Shown: positions 17,401 to 30,130 of the stretch, piece by piece
Layout: each line of letters begins with the position of its first letter
How positions within the stretch are numbered: position 1 is the stretch's first letter
DNA from: Macrostomum lignano
Taxonomy: Eukaryota
DNA: 64,000 bases
Assembly (NCBI GenBank): GCA_002269645.1
Contig: NIVC01001805.1
Location: 124,001 to 188,000, forward strand
Reading direction: 5' to 3'
The notes under the pieces: generated by a model
The model's input: only the letters and a program-made list of their open reading frames with translations
Database searches by the model: none
What the model was told of the DNA's origin: nothing
Program-made: the position numbers and the translations under genes

Positions 17401-20330
17401 TTCATAACCAGCAGCCTAGAAGAATCGCCCCCCCCAATGAGCTTTCATAACCAGCAGCCTAGAAGAATCGCCCCCCCCAATGAGCTTTCATAACCAGCAG
17501 CCTAGAAGAATCGCCCCAATAAACTTTCATAACCAGCAGCCTAGAAGAATCGCCCCCCCCCCCCAATGAGCTTTCATAACCAGCAGCCTAGAAGAATCGC
17601 CCCCCCCAATGAGCTTTCATAACCAGCAGCCTAGAAGAATCGCCCCCCCCCCAATGAGCTTTCATAACCAGCAGCCTAGAAGAATCGCCCCCCCCAATGA
17701 GCTTTCATAACCAGCAGCCTAGAAGAATCGCCCCCCCCCAATGAGCTTTCATAACCAGCAGCCTAGAAGAATCGCCCCCCCCCAATGAGCTTTCATAACC
17801 AGCAGCCTAGAAGAATCGCCCCCCCCCAATGAGCTTTCATAACCAGCAGCCTAGAAGAATCGCCCCCCCCCAATGAGCTTTCATAACCAGCAGCCTAGAA
17901 GAATCGCCCCCCCCCCAATGAGCTTTCATAACCAGCAGCCTAGAAGAATCGCCCCCCCCCCAATGAGCTTTCATAACCAGCAGCCTAGAAGAATCGCCCC
18001 CCCCAATGAGCTTTCATAACCAGCAGCCTAGAAGAATCGCCCCCCCAATGAGCTTTCATAACCAGCAGCCTAGAAGAATCGCCCCCAATGAACTCATAAC
18101 CAGCAGCCTAGAAGAATCGCCCCCCCCCAATGAGCTTTCATAACCAGCAGCCTAGAAGAATCGCCCCCCCCCAATGAGCTTTCATAACCAGCAGCCTAGA
18201 AGAATCGCCCCCCCCCAATGAGCTTTCATAACCAGCAGCCTAGAAGAATCGCCCCCCCAATGAGCTTTCATAACCAGCAGCCTAGAAGAATCGCCCCCAA
18301 TGAGCTTTCATAACCAGCAGCCTAGAAGAATCGCCCCCCCCCCAATGAGCTTTCATAACCAGCAGCCTAGAAGAATCGCCCCCCCCAATGAGCTTTCATA
18401 ACCAGCAGCCTAGAAGAATCGCCCCCCCCCAATGAGCTTTCATAACCAGCAGCCTAGAAGAATCGCCCCAATAGCTTTCATAACCAGCAGCCTAGAAGAA
18501 TCGCCCCCCCCAATGAGCTTTCATAACCAGCAGCCTAGAAGAATCGCCCCCCCCAATGAGCTTTCATAACCAGCAGCCTAGAAGAATCGCCCCCCCCCAA
18601 TGAGCTTTCATAACCAGCAGCCTAGAAGAATCGCCCCCCCCAATGAGCTTTCATAACCAGCAGCCTAGAAGAATCGCCCCCCCAATGAGATTTCATAACC
18701 AGCAGCCTAGAAGAATCGCCCCAATAGCTTTCATAACCAGCAGCCTAGAAGAATCGCCCCAATAAACTTTCATAACCAGCAGCCTAGAAGAATCGCCCCC
18801 CCCCAATGAGCTTTCATAACCAGCAGCCTAGAAGAATCGCCCCCCCCCCCAATGAGCTTTCATAACCAGCAGCCTAGAAGAATCGCCCCCCCCAATGAGC
18901 TTTCATAACCAGCAGCCTAGAAGAATCGCCCCAATAGCTTTCATAACCAGCAGCCTAGAAGAATCGCCCCCCCCCCAATGAGCTTTCATAACCAGCAGCC
19001 TAGAAGAATCGCCCCCCCCAATGAGCTTTCATAACCAGCAGCCTAGAAGAATCGCCCCCCCCCAATGAGCTTTCATAACCAGCAGCCTAGAAGAATCGCC
19101 CCCCCCCAATGAGCTTTCATAACCAGCAGCCTAGAAGAATCGCCCCCCCCCAATGAGCTTTCATAACCAGCAGCCTAGAAGAATCGCCCCCCCCCAATGA
19201 GCTTTCATAACCAGCAGCCTAGAAGAATCGCCCCAATGAGCTTTCATAACCAGCAGCCTAGAAGAATCGCCCCCCCCCAATGAGCTTTCATAACCAGCAG
19301 CCTAGAAGAATCGCCCCCCCCAATGAGCTTTCATAACCAGCAGCCTAGAAGAATCGCCCCCCCCCCCAATGAGCTTTCATAACCAGCAGCCTAGAAGAAT
19401 CGCCCCCCCCCAATGAGCTTTCATAACCAGCAGCCTAGAAGAATCGCCCCCCCCCAATGAGCTTTCATAACCAGCAGCCTAGAAGAATCGCCCCCCCCCC
19501 AATGAGCTTTCATAACCAGCAGCCTAGAAGAATCGCCCCCCCCCAATGAGCTTTCATAACCAGCAGCCTAGAAGAATCGCCCCCCCAATGAGCTTTCATA
19601 ACCAGCAGCCTAGAAGAATCGCCCCCCCCAATGAGCTTTCATAACCAGCAGCCTAGAAGAATCGCCCCCCCCAATGAGCTTTCATAACCAGCAGCCTAGA
19701 AGAATCGCCCCCCCCAATGAGCTTTCATAACCAGCAGCCTAGAAGAATCGCCCCCCCCCCAATGAGCTTTCATAACCAGCAGCCTAGAAGAATCGCCCCC
19801 AATGAACTCCCATAACCTTCCAGGTGAACGTGACCATGCTGGGCTCCGCAGTGGACGGGCACCCCAACCTCATGCAGATCATGTTCCCCCAGGGCAGCAG
19901 GACCCGCAGTCTCTATGTGTACACGACGAGGACCAGGAGATCATCAACTGGTACAACGCGGTCCGCGGCTGCAAGTACTATCGCTATCAGATGTCGCTGC
20001 TGTCAGCTGACGAGCTGCGCCAGCTGACTCCTCACCTACGACTTCATCATCTGCGACTGGCTGTGCAAGACCGGGCCGAACCAGACGGAGGCCTGGAAAC
20101 GGCGCTGGTGCTTCTGCTGCGCCGGTCGATCTTCTACTTCACCAACTTTATGGAGCCGCTGGCTAAAGGCGAAATCTGGCTGGGCGAGCGCCCGGATTCT
20201 CCGTGGAGTCCGGGGCGCCGGCCAACTTCAAGAAGAAGCCGGTTGGCCACATCTTCACGCTTCCCTAGCAACCGAGTCTTTGGCGAAAAAAAATTGACAC
20301 CCCGACAGCGAACTCGACGCCCCAAATAGT
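11411..20330 (+). CDS. ADAP1: ArfGAP with dual PH domains (ADAP/centaurin-alpha-like); last exon carries several frameshifts
   Basis: Exons 11411-11632, 12447-12593, 13205-13384 and 19824-~20330, joined by phase-0 GT-AG introns. ArfGAP zinc finger CAEC...CNAC..AYR, then AFYRRP...AKYKRKEF, PH1 (EGALMKR...YLPRHFEL...IINWYNAVR) and PH2 (WLCKTGPNQTEAWKRRW...AKGEIWLG). PH2 is readable only by switching frame about 5 times. ADAP1 and ADAP2 cannot be distinguished. Confidence 0.85.
11773..12335. repeat. 22-bp minisatellite (GAATCGCCCCTCATCACCTCCA) in ADAP intron 1
   Basis: About 25 units. Confidence 0.95.
12626..13110. repeat. 22-bp minisatellite (GATTCCCGATAGGGATTTTCAT) in ADAP intron 2
   Basis: About 22 units. 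Confidence 0.95.
13472..19817. repeat. 6.3-kb minisatellite, unit AATGAGCTTTCATAACCAGCAGCCTAGAAGAATCG(C)4-12, in ADAP intron 3
   Basis: Roughly 150 units of about 38-46 bp with a variable C-tract; ends a few bp before the acceptor AG (19822-19823). Confidence 0.97.
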
Positions 20331-22254
20331 CCCTGGCAGTTTAGCCGCCTACCGTATAAAATTCCCCTGTGTTGGCCGCAGGCCGTATGGAAAATAGCTT
20401 ATTAATTAATAATTAGTAATCATGCTTCACTTTGCTATTTGATAAGTCTTCGCACTACTAATTTGACTCGATTATTAAATTTTAAGCAAAGCAACTGGTT
20501 TTTATATGTTGAATAGCTAATTAATTAGTTTCCTCATTAACTGCAGCGCTATAATCAGCAGGTTAGATCTAAGTGCTTCCACACCGCAGGCTTCTGTCTA
20601 TACATTTCCTCTCTTTTTAGATGCCTGGACCTACGGGAGGTTTGAAGGAATGATGCCAAAATTTCTATAATTCCTTTTTAACGTTCCCTTTTTCTACAAA
20701 ACAGTAACTGTGTTACTAATTCTTGTGTTTACATATATTGTTTTCATATGTGTATTTAAAATACAGTAATTGCTCCCAGAGTTTCACTAAATTCTCCCCA
20801 GCTAAGAGTACATTTCTTATTGGCTGATTTTGTACATTTCTTTAATTTCTGGCCAAAACCAAATCTGCCGTTACTTTGCGGTTCAGTACTGACAGTAGTA
20901 TAGAAAGACTATGCGTAGGTTATGCAAGCTAGCTGTGTTTTTTGCATTGTATAAATATGCTTTGACAATTAAATGTTTTATTGCTGACAAACAATATCGG
21001 CTAACGTACATATTTATTCACAAACGAAGTATGATTTGCTATTCGGCATCCAATCCTAAGAACTGATCTTTTGTCATTTTTATACACTGTTTATTGCGGC
21101 TGCCTTAAAATCGAAATTCTAATTTATTTATAACTTTTATTGCTGACATTACATTTGCCGTGTTGCTTATAGTGCGTGACATTTTTCATATGTAGTTGTG
21201 TCTGCACCGCTCACTGTTTTTAATTTAAATCAAAAATAAAATCTGCGACTGGTGTGAATTTTCTCTCACTCCGCATTAAACTGGATAAAATATTGCGACT
21301 TATGCGCCGAATCCTTTTTGGTCTTTGCCACCTTGAAATGTATTTTATGAGCATACTTACAAATATTTGTGCATTTTGTTACCATTCCTGTGAGCTACAT
21401 GCTGCACTTAGCTGCTAGCTACCTGTTGCTCGGTATTGACAGTCGTGAACTGAGCTCCAATTTTAAAGTAAATCAACTGTTATTTGACCTGTTAGCCTTC
21501 AAAAATTAAAATGCCCCTACCTAACCTCATTCTCTCGTATGAGTGCGTATAAGCCAAGGGTATCCGTATACTGTAGTAGTAACCTTCGTCTAAAATTCAT
21601 TTGCAAGCTGCATCTAGTCAAGCTAGTCGCATAAGCAATGTTCAATTTTTTAAAAGGATGCATAATCAGCACTATAATTTAAATTTGTTCCACACTTGTC
21701 GATAAGTAGGGATTCTTCGCATTCACACAGGGGCGTAGTAAAGGCATACAGTTGTTCTTAAGTAAACGACAAGTCATGAAACCTCTGGCCAACAGAAATT
21801 CAGAAATGACTGCACACTCGCTTTGTGACTTTACTAACTTCATTCCCTGGCACTAATGATTATGATCATTTCTCTATGCCATTGAATTCAATTCTCGCGG
21901 CCGCGGCTGACTCGTGATTAAAAATACATGAAGACAATGTTCGGTTTACACTAATTACCGCGCGAATAATATAAATAAAAAATTGATAGGGATTTACAAC
22001 TTTGCTCGAAGTATTTTTTAGCTGTTGCTTCAATCTAGTTTAACTTTATTAAACTATTTGATAAGACTTTATTATCAGAGTTAATTACGTTAAAACTGTT
22101 GACTGTCACTAAATGACACTGAGGCACCGATTTAAATTGAAAGATAAGCTAATTTCCTAACTTAAAACGACATAGAGCTGAATTCGTGTTTCACTTTATA
22201 AATATTTTATTTAGATTGAACCTTAAATCCAATATCCAACTTTTAAGTACAGTT

Positions 22255-24742
22255 ATGAACAGACTTGCTATTCTCACCATCTTCACTGTTTTCGGATTTG
22301 TAGCTGCTGTGAAACCTAAAGTCACTGATAAGGTAAGGGATGAATTGTAAGCAAATGATTGTGCATGGTGGTTGTATTTCCTCTGTTTACGCTAGATGTA
22401 CGCCAGACAAACTGTTTGTACGCCATATGTACGCCAGCTAAAGCGTTTGTATGCCAGATGTACGCCAGCTGAAGCATTTGTAGGCCGGAATTTTTCTGGC
22501 ATATACTACATCTTCTGCAATATCGACTACATATAGTTCATTCTTCATTGATTTTTTGTGTGTAGGCTCTGTATTATAAGTATATGATAACTTCTTTTTA
22601 TATTAATTGGAGCCTAATTATTAGAGAAGACTGCAATTTCTGGCAATCCTCTAGTTTTGCACATTTAATTATTTTTTTAGAAAATAGCAACTTTGTTAGG
22701 CCTAGGCCTAGTTATTGCAAGTAAATTTGAACTCCTGCAAGTGCCAGGGTCAGGATTGTATACTGCTGTACGCCAGAACAAAAATTGCTTCCATAGCTCA
22801 TATATGCCAATGTACACCAACAAACTTATTGCACATAAAAGATATGCCAAAATAAAAATTACAAATTATGACCTATATTAACAGCTTGCAAAATTTTAAT
22901 ATTTAAAAAATTAATATGTTGAAGCAGGTAATTTTTTACTAAACTGTATAGAACTAGCTTATTTTAACTATTTTTGTTTTACTTTTAACTTCTTGAAAAA
23001 GTTAAACCCAGTTTTTAATTTAGTTTTCTGTTTTTTTATAAGGGGCTAGCTTTTTTGATCAAAATTTAGCTACTATAACTATGTACATGAAGACTATGCC
23101 TAATGTAAACTTAATCATTTTTAATGCTAATTGTGTAGATTGATTAGAACTCAGAACTTTGGTCTCACCTGCTGTCTTGGCAATCTTTATATGCCAAGCT
23201 GTATGCGAAGAAGGCATGCTAGGCCCCTCTGTATGCTAAGTTATATACCAATGCTATAGGCTAAAGTTGAAATCATAATGTACTATTGTATAGATATGAG
23301 GGTCAGTCAAAAAGTCAAAAATCAAAATGATAATTTTGTTCTGGCAAGCATTTTCCTTTAAATAAAAAATTACTTTTCTACATCCCCCTCCATGGTTAAA
23401 CACTTCTCCATACGGTGTTGCCATCTCACCAGCCCATTACTGTAGAATGCAGGAGGCTATGCAGCAAGCCACTGTGTAGTGGCCCTCTTAGCCACATTTT
23501 TGCCCTTATACCAGACTCCCTTGATGGCCTCCTTTAACTTTGGGAAGAGGAAGAAGTCTGGAGGAGCCAAATCAAGGGTGTATGGAGGATGCTGAAGGAT
23601 TTCCCAGCAAAATTCTTATAGAGCTTTGCAACAGAGCCAGGAAGTGTGGGTTGGTGCATTGTTGTAATGGAAGAGGACTCCCTAGTGTAGCTTGCCAGGT
23701 CACTTTTTGGCCAGTTCTCCGTCAGTTTGTCAGTTCTCTGACAGTTCTCCAACTGTCACCAAATTAACTAGTTCCCTATAAATCTATTTCAAGTCAAAGT
23801 AGTCCCTTTTTATATACCTTTTTGGTTTTCATATCTAATCCTGCTTATTTCAAATAAAAGGTCAAAATTGGAACTTTGTACCATTGCATTGCCTTGCCTA
23901 TGCCATAGGCTAAAATTGAGGGAAAAAATACAAATTATAAAACAACTTGAGTAATTTTATTTTTACTTTAGCCTTTGTCATGGTAAAAGTTATCATTTAT
24001 AGTTTCAAGGGAATTAGAGAAGCTGCTTAGCTTCTCACTAAAGTTGCTACTTTGACTAGTGCTTACTACTAAGTGTAACTATTGTATTTTACTAGATATA
24101 TTAATCATAAGCCTAACCTTAGCTTTCCTTTAATGAGCAATGGAGTAATTTTAATATGAAATAATTGAACTATGATTATATTTGTTAATGCACTGTTTTT
24201 TTATTTATACTTGTAAGATTTATATTTTATCTTATTTTTATAAAATTTCTTTTGTTTTGCTCACTTGAAGTTTTGGATTGTTTAATGAAGACAAGTCACT
24301 AGCATATCAATAGTTTTATTTTTGCATGATAATCACATAAAAAATTTCACTGATTAAAATCCGGTATCGCTTATACGCTCGTTAGATATGGGGCTGAGAC
24401 CTCGCCTCTGGTGCTCTCCCACAGGTGTACTTTGACATCAGCATCGGCGACAAGGATGCCGGCCGCATCGTGATTGGCCTCTTCGGCGAGACTGTCCCGG
24501 ACACCGTGCGCAACTTCAAGTCCCTCGCCGAGGGCTTCGAGGCCAAGTCAGGCGAGAAGCTCGCCTACAAGGGCTCCAAGTTCCACCGGGTCATCAAGGA
24601 CTTCATGATCCAGGGCGGCGACTTCACCCGCGGCGACGGCACCGGCGGCAAGTCCATCTACGGTGAGCGATTCCCGGACGAGAACTTCAAGCTGAACCAC
24701 TACGGCGCCGGCTGGTGCTCCATGGCCAACGCCGGGCCCGAC

Positions 24743-24774
<32 letters not shown>

Positions 24775-24964
24775 GCGCACCGACTGGCTCAACGGGCGCC
24801 ACGTGGTCTTCGGCAAAGTTCTGGAGGGCATGAGCGTTGTCAGGGCCATTGAGAACTCGCAGACGGACGGCCAGGACCGGCCGAAGCAGCCGGTGGTCAT
24901 CAGAGACAGCGGCTCCCTGCCGGTGGACGCCCCCTTCGAAGTGGAGGCCGCGCCCGCCAGCTAA
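22255..24964 (+). CDS. PPIB: Peptidyl-prolyl cis-trans isomerase B (cyclophilin B, ER/secretory), 205 aa
   Basis: Exon 1 22255-22332 encodes [26 protein letters not shown] (signal peptide) and ends at donor GTAAGG. Exon 2 24425-24964 follows acceptor CACAG and encodes VYFDISIG...[60 protein letters not shown], typical of PPIB. Confidence 0.95.
23297..23760 (-). mobile_element. Decayed mariner fragment in the PPIB intron
   Basis: TA-GAGGGTCAGTCAAAAAGT mariner-type end. The minus strand gives [11 protein letters not shown] and [30 protein letters not shown]...[12 protein letters not shown] with stops and frameshifts. Confidence 0.85.
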
Positions 24965-25160
24965 ACAGCTCCTGGCTGAAGAGCCTGAAGCAGCAACTCT
25001 TTGCCCCCATTTGCAGACAACTGTAGGCTGTATGAAGTTCAGGTTTACACACTGAGACAGGCGAGTTTTTACCGAAGGGATCAATTTCGTGTAGCTATAA
25101 AAATTATAACTTTCATTTGATTACTCTACTAATAGTAGAAATGTAAGGAAAATATTTGAC

Positions 25161-25166
25161 AATAAA
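25161..25166 (+). terminator. Candidate polyadenylation signal of PPIB
   Basis: AATAAA about 200 nt after the stop codon. Confidence 0.5.
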
Positions 25167-27244
25167 AGCTATGAAACGTGTTCTCAATACTGTCCTATTA
25201 AATATATTGGTTATTAATTATGTTTAGGCTGAAAAACTGAATCAACAGTTGTCTGCCAAATAGGGCTTTGGTGAAGAGTTAAAGAGCCCCAGGTCTGCTT
25301 GGCTGGATGATATTTACTGACCTTTGCAGTCCGTCAGCGATAGAAATGGCGGTCAATTGCTCATTTTTGTGTTTTTCTTGTTTCTCCCGCGCTTTTCTTC
25401 AGTCCAGCTGACCAGTGAGCTCCGCTTTTTTTTAATTTCTCTGTATCGTCATAAAAAATTATTCCTGCGTGCCACCGACTTGGAATTTCATTCATTTTTG
25501 GCATTGCTCTTCTGAATATTAAAACAAGGCTAAGTTGGCGTCAATTCATCCTATTTAGTTGATTTAAATTGTCTTTTGTTTCCCGCAATCGGTTTGCAGT
25601 CATTTGGTTTGTTCTTCTGCTTCCTCTTCTTGGCTTTTCTTTTCTTTGTTATACACGTATTCTTTCATCCACGGGATCGAGTGATTCAGAGTCAATACAT
25701 GTATTCTCTGTGCGCTGTTTGTTCGACGCAAATTGCTATGCCTCTCTGCTCAGCATCAAATCCATACTTGGGTTGTATCAGCGGCTTGTTGCTTCGCAAT
25801 TAAGAGATGGACTTCATTTTCTTTCTTTGCATGGCAAAAGCAGTGGTGAACTATAGCGAACAATGCAATGGACTGGATTCGCAGGTCCTGGCGTTGGATG
25901 CATGCAGCTATATATATATACGCTTTTGATCCAGAATTGGAAAATTTGCTTGAAGATCTTGCCGACCTCGAAGCTGCTGCATGATTATCGGTTGAACAGG
26001 AGTAACCGTCTCAATTCCACCAATCAATAGTGTCAGAAAGCCACCGCAGGAGCCGTGACAGGCCAGTCTCAACAGCTGGTCGGCCCTTTAACAACTGTAC
26101 ATGTACCTTTAACTGACAGACCCAATGACAGGACCAACTCGTCAAGAAGTACATGTATACTTCATAGTTGGCTGAGTTCACGTTACACGAGAGTCAGAGA
26201 CGCGTCTTCTTTATAACACCATTATACGCAGCTTGATGTTACTGTTGTCAATCTACATGGTAATTCTATCAGCCGTTCTAAAAATAAACCCTGCTGTCTA
26301 TGGTCCAAATGGGTTGAAGATTTCTGTCCGGTAAATCGGGGTTGTTTAGCTTGGTACTCTTTGGTCCCAAGTATAGTGTCGGGCCATCTATTGATACCAA
26401 ATTACTGTAGTGTCTAAAGAACTAAAATGGTGTCCGCGATACTAGCAGCGGCAGGGGCGTAGCCATGCATGTTAGAGCCACTAGAGGCTTCGCTACTCGT
26501 GAAAAAATATTTATCACTGTCTACCTCCAAAACCATATGCACAAACACATTGTCTCATGTATTTTTAGTAGCCTTATTAAATATCTGATAATGATTCCGA
26601 AGAGTTGAATAATAGCGACAGCATGACACGATGAAAGTCGCCCCCAGATGGGCTGGGCCGAAATTGATTTGCCGCCCGCTTGGCGCCCCACGATGGCGTC
26701 CTCTCAAGGCGCCCCTCTGATAGTGGCGCCCCCTCGTTGAATACATGAATTCAGCGGTTAGATTATGCGATGCAACTGTTAAACTACATTTACGTATATG
26801 CACATACAGAGACATGTAAATTGTATTCATGTGAGATGGATCAAATCAGTAACAGATTTTGTTGTCTGCTTCATATCATTGCATGTTTTTATGGATTTTT
26901 TACCCAATTTTCGTTTTAAGTGCAATTAATAAAATACGACTCATAGTGGACAAAAAATGAAACATTATTTTTGTTATGCTATTACAATGCATGAGTCAGC
27001 AAAGTATACGTCATATAGTTTGTTCTTTCTTCACACGACAACCTGCAATATAATAATACATGTAAATAATTAACTATAATTAAGTGACCTAATTAAACCG
27101 CGCCTGATTAAACGGACGCGACCACTGTAAATATAATTACGAGCGGAGACTTTGTGGGGTCTGCGACTTGGGGTGGGGGTTCTGACTGCAATTAGGGAGC
27201 CTCCCAGCGCCCCAGTCGGACTGCTAATCAAACACCCAGCCTAC

Positions 27245-27397
27245 CCCTATCTTGAAGCTGATTGGCTGCAACAAAATACAGCTTATTGGTGTGCGCCGTA
27301 TCTGCCATGTATGTACAGTTCATTTAAGCTGTTAACAATTAGACAACTCTGCAGTGCAAACCCCACCTACCAAATCCCGTCTTCGGCCCTATAAATA
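27245..27397 (+). promoter_or_regulatory. Promoter of Gly/Tyr protein 1: CCCTATCT-N7-GATTGG module and TATA box
   Basis: CCCTATCT 27245-27252, GATTGG 27260-27265, CTATAAATA 27389-27397. Confidence 0.65.
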
Positions 27398-27480
27398 CAT
27401 GTAGGGCAGTCGTTTCGACAAGGCTTCACCAGCAGTGAATTCGCCTTCTATCTACGTCTAATAACACAGCAGCATCCAGC

Positions 27481-28007
27481 ATGAAGTTTCTGGTCGTGTC
27501 TGCCGCCCTAATTGCGGTTGTTTTCGCCGGAGGCTATGACAGCTACGATAGCTACGATAACTACGGCGCTGGCGGCTACGGTTCCGGCTACGGCTCTGAG
27601 GGTTACGGTGCTGGCGGCTACGGCGGCTACGAGCCTGGCTACGGTGCTGGTGGCTACGGTGGCTACGAGCCTGGCTACGGTGCTGGTGGCTACGGTGGCT
27701 ACGAGCCTGGCTACGGCGCTGGCGGCTACAGTGGCTACGAGCTGGCTACGGAGCTGGCGGCTACGGTGGCTACGAGCCTGGCTACGGAGCTGGCGGCTAC
27801 GGAGCTGGCGGCTACGGCGCTGGCGGCTACGGCGCTGCGGCTACGGAGCTGGCGGCTACGGAGCTGGCGGCTACGGTGCTGGCGGCTACGGCGCTGGCGG
27901 CTACGGCGCTGGCGGGCTACGGCAGCCAGCATGGCCGGGGCTATGGCAGCAGTGGCAAGGCCAGCAGCAGCAAGGCCAGCAAAGCCAAGAAGGCCGCCCG
28001 CCGTTAA
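27481..28007 (+). CDS. Secreted Gly/Tyr-rich repetitive structural protein 1 (about 175 aa; candidate eggshell/cement-type)
   Basis: Signal peptide MKFLVVSAALIAVVFA, then GYGAGGYGGYEP and GYGAG repeats and a basic tail ...SKASKAKKAARR*. Single exon with an upstream TATA box. Three 1-bp indels in the repeat (about 27740, 27836, 27914) must be corrected to keep the frame. Confidence 0.85.
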
Positions 28008-29765
28008 AGTACATGTTGTACTTGGTACAAATCGGCGTATTGCTACGCGTGAAGAACTGTTTTGTTGTAGGATCGTTTATTGCAGATTTATATGCTAGAT
28101 CCATTCGGACGCTAGTGATGGTTTGCTAAATATAAAGCAGTTTTTCATATAAACTTAAAAAGTATTCAGATCCATTTGACTCTGTCTGTTTATTTCCTAT
28201 TCATAAATAGTTTACGCCGTCTTCAAACTACAATAAGATTAAGGAAGTGAGAAGAGAAAAGAAAAGAGTGGAAAGGGAGAGGAGAGGGGAAAGGGAGAGG
28301 AGAGGAAAGGAGGAGGAGAGGGAAAGGGAGAGAGGGGAAAGGGAGAGGAGAGGGGAAAAGGGAGAGGAGAGGGGAAAAGGGAGAGGAGAGGGGAAAAGGG
28401 AGAGGAGAGGGGAAAAGGGAGAGGGAGGGGAAGGGAGAGGAGGGTCGGATTGCTATTTTGGAGTTTAAAAGACTAGTCCGAGGTTCGGATACTCGTAGAG
28501 CGGCTTGGCGGGCATGGGTTTTCCCAACCCTGCTAAAATTATGATCTCGTCAGTTTGATACTTATAGTTCGTACTATCAAAGCAATCGCAAAATTAGCAG
28601 GTCATGCGAGCGTATTTAAAACTTTCCAACGTTATAATAACTTGCTACTTGATTAGCTCTGCGTTCGATTCGGTACGGAAAGGGAGAGGAGAGGGGAAAG
28701 GGAGAGGAGAGGGGAAAAGGGAGAGGAGAGGGGAAAGGGAGAGGAGAGGGGAAAGGGAGAGGAGAGGGGAAAAGGGAGAGGAGAGGGGAAAAGGGAGAGG
28801 AGAGGGGAAAAGGGAGAGGAGAGGGGAAAAGGGAGAGGAGAGGGGAAAGGGAGAGGAGAGGGGAAAAGGGAGAGGAGAGGGTAAAAGGGAGAGGAGAGGG
28901 TAAAAGGGAGAGGAGAGGGGAAAAGGGTGAGGAGAGGGGAAAAGGGTGAGGAGAGGGGAAAAGGGAGAGGAGAGGGGAAAAGGGAGAGGAGAGGGGAAAA
29001 GGGAGAGGAGAGGGGAAGGGAGAGGAGGGTCGGATTGCTTTTTTGGAGTTTAAAAAGACTAGTCCGAGGTTCGGATACTCGTAGAGCGGCTTGGCGGGCA
29101 TGGGTTTTCCCAACCCCTGCTAAAATTATGATCTCGTCAGTTTGATACTTATAGTTCGTACTATCAAAGCAATCGCAAAATTAGCAAGGTCATGCGAGCG
29201 TATTTAAAACTTTCCAACGTAATAACTTGCTACTTGATTAGCTCTGCGTTCGATTCGGTACGCTAATCCACATCCCATGCAACCATCCGCGCAGATGTTA
29301 AAAATCTTATTTAAAATAAAAATGAATTTCTGCATATCTAGCTGTCTCACCAAAGCTCCTCGTGACATCACGTGACTGGCGCTTTCTCTCATTTTTCACT
29401 CAAGATTTTTTTGGATTTTTCCCAGTGTGACAATATTTTGACAGCAGTGACCTTTACCCTAAAAAGTATATTCGCTCTAAGCTTTAATCCCAATCCTTCT
29501 GGAAAATTATCCTATAATTTTACTCTCCTTTTCATACATTTTCGTTGTTGATTTTTTTGGACTTGAAACTGAAACTCATAAATCATTTTGCATCGAAATT
29601 CGATTATTTGTGGCTGCACCTGTCACTTTTTGACTGTGTCCCGGTCTTGTGGCTTTCCGGATCAAGGGTGGCAACGAGCTCAGCCAATCAGAATTAGTTT
29701 GGTGTGCGTTCTAGCAAACCGGCTCAGCCAATCAGAATCGACGTGTTTCACTAACAGGACCAGCT

Positions 29766-30130
29766 AAGGGGGGCTGTAGCCCAGCGGTAGCGCAGCTGCT
29801 CTGGTGTGCCAGCGACCCAGGCTCGATTCCAAGTGCAGTCACATTAATTTGGGGCTGAATTGGAATCTCGGCTTGGCTCTGCTCGTGCAATTAACGGCCT
29901 TGAGAGCCAACCCCCCAAGGCGCAGTGAAGTGTACATGCCTAACGATAATATAAAGTTAGGGCCGCTGTACACTCCTGTGTGAGTGTGTGCCTGCGTACG
30001 TATCGCGCGCTTGTGTGCCTGCTCAGGGGAGTCGGCGGAATGGGCAGTAATGCCTCTCGCCGGTTGTGTGCCTATGTCGCTTTAAAGTGCGCCAGGGTGC
30101 ACACAACCCCCTGCCTCTAATAAAAAAAAA
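29766..30130 (+). mobile_element. tRNA-derived SINE with poly(A) tail and 13-bp TSD
   Basis: Pol III A-box-like TAGCCCAGCGGT, B-box-like GGCTCGATTCCA, 3' AATAAAAAAAAA tail, flanked by AACAGGACCAGCT on both sides. Confidence 0.85.

Noticed and set aside
13472-19817. CRISPR-like appearance: conserved repeat with a variable segment
   Set aside because: The variable part is only a poly-C tract, not unique spacers; eukaryotic intron and no cas genes.
25560-25970. Short ORFs (e.g. AMDWIRRSW...LENLLEDLADLEAAA*) hinting at a decayed transposase
   Set aside because: Too short and degenerate to assign; no TIRs found.
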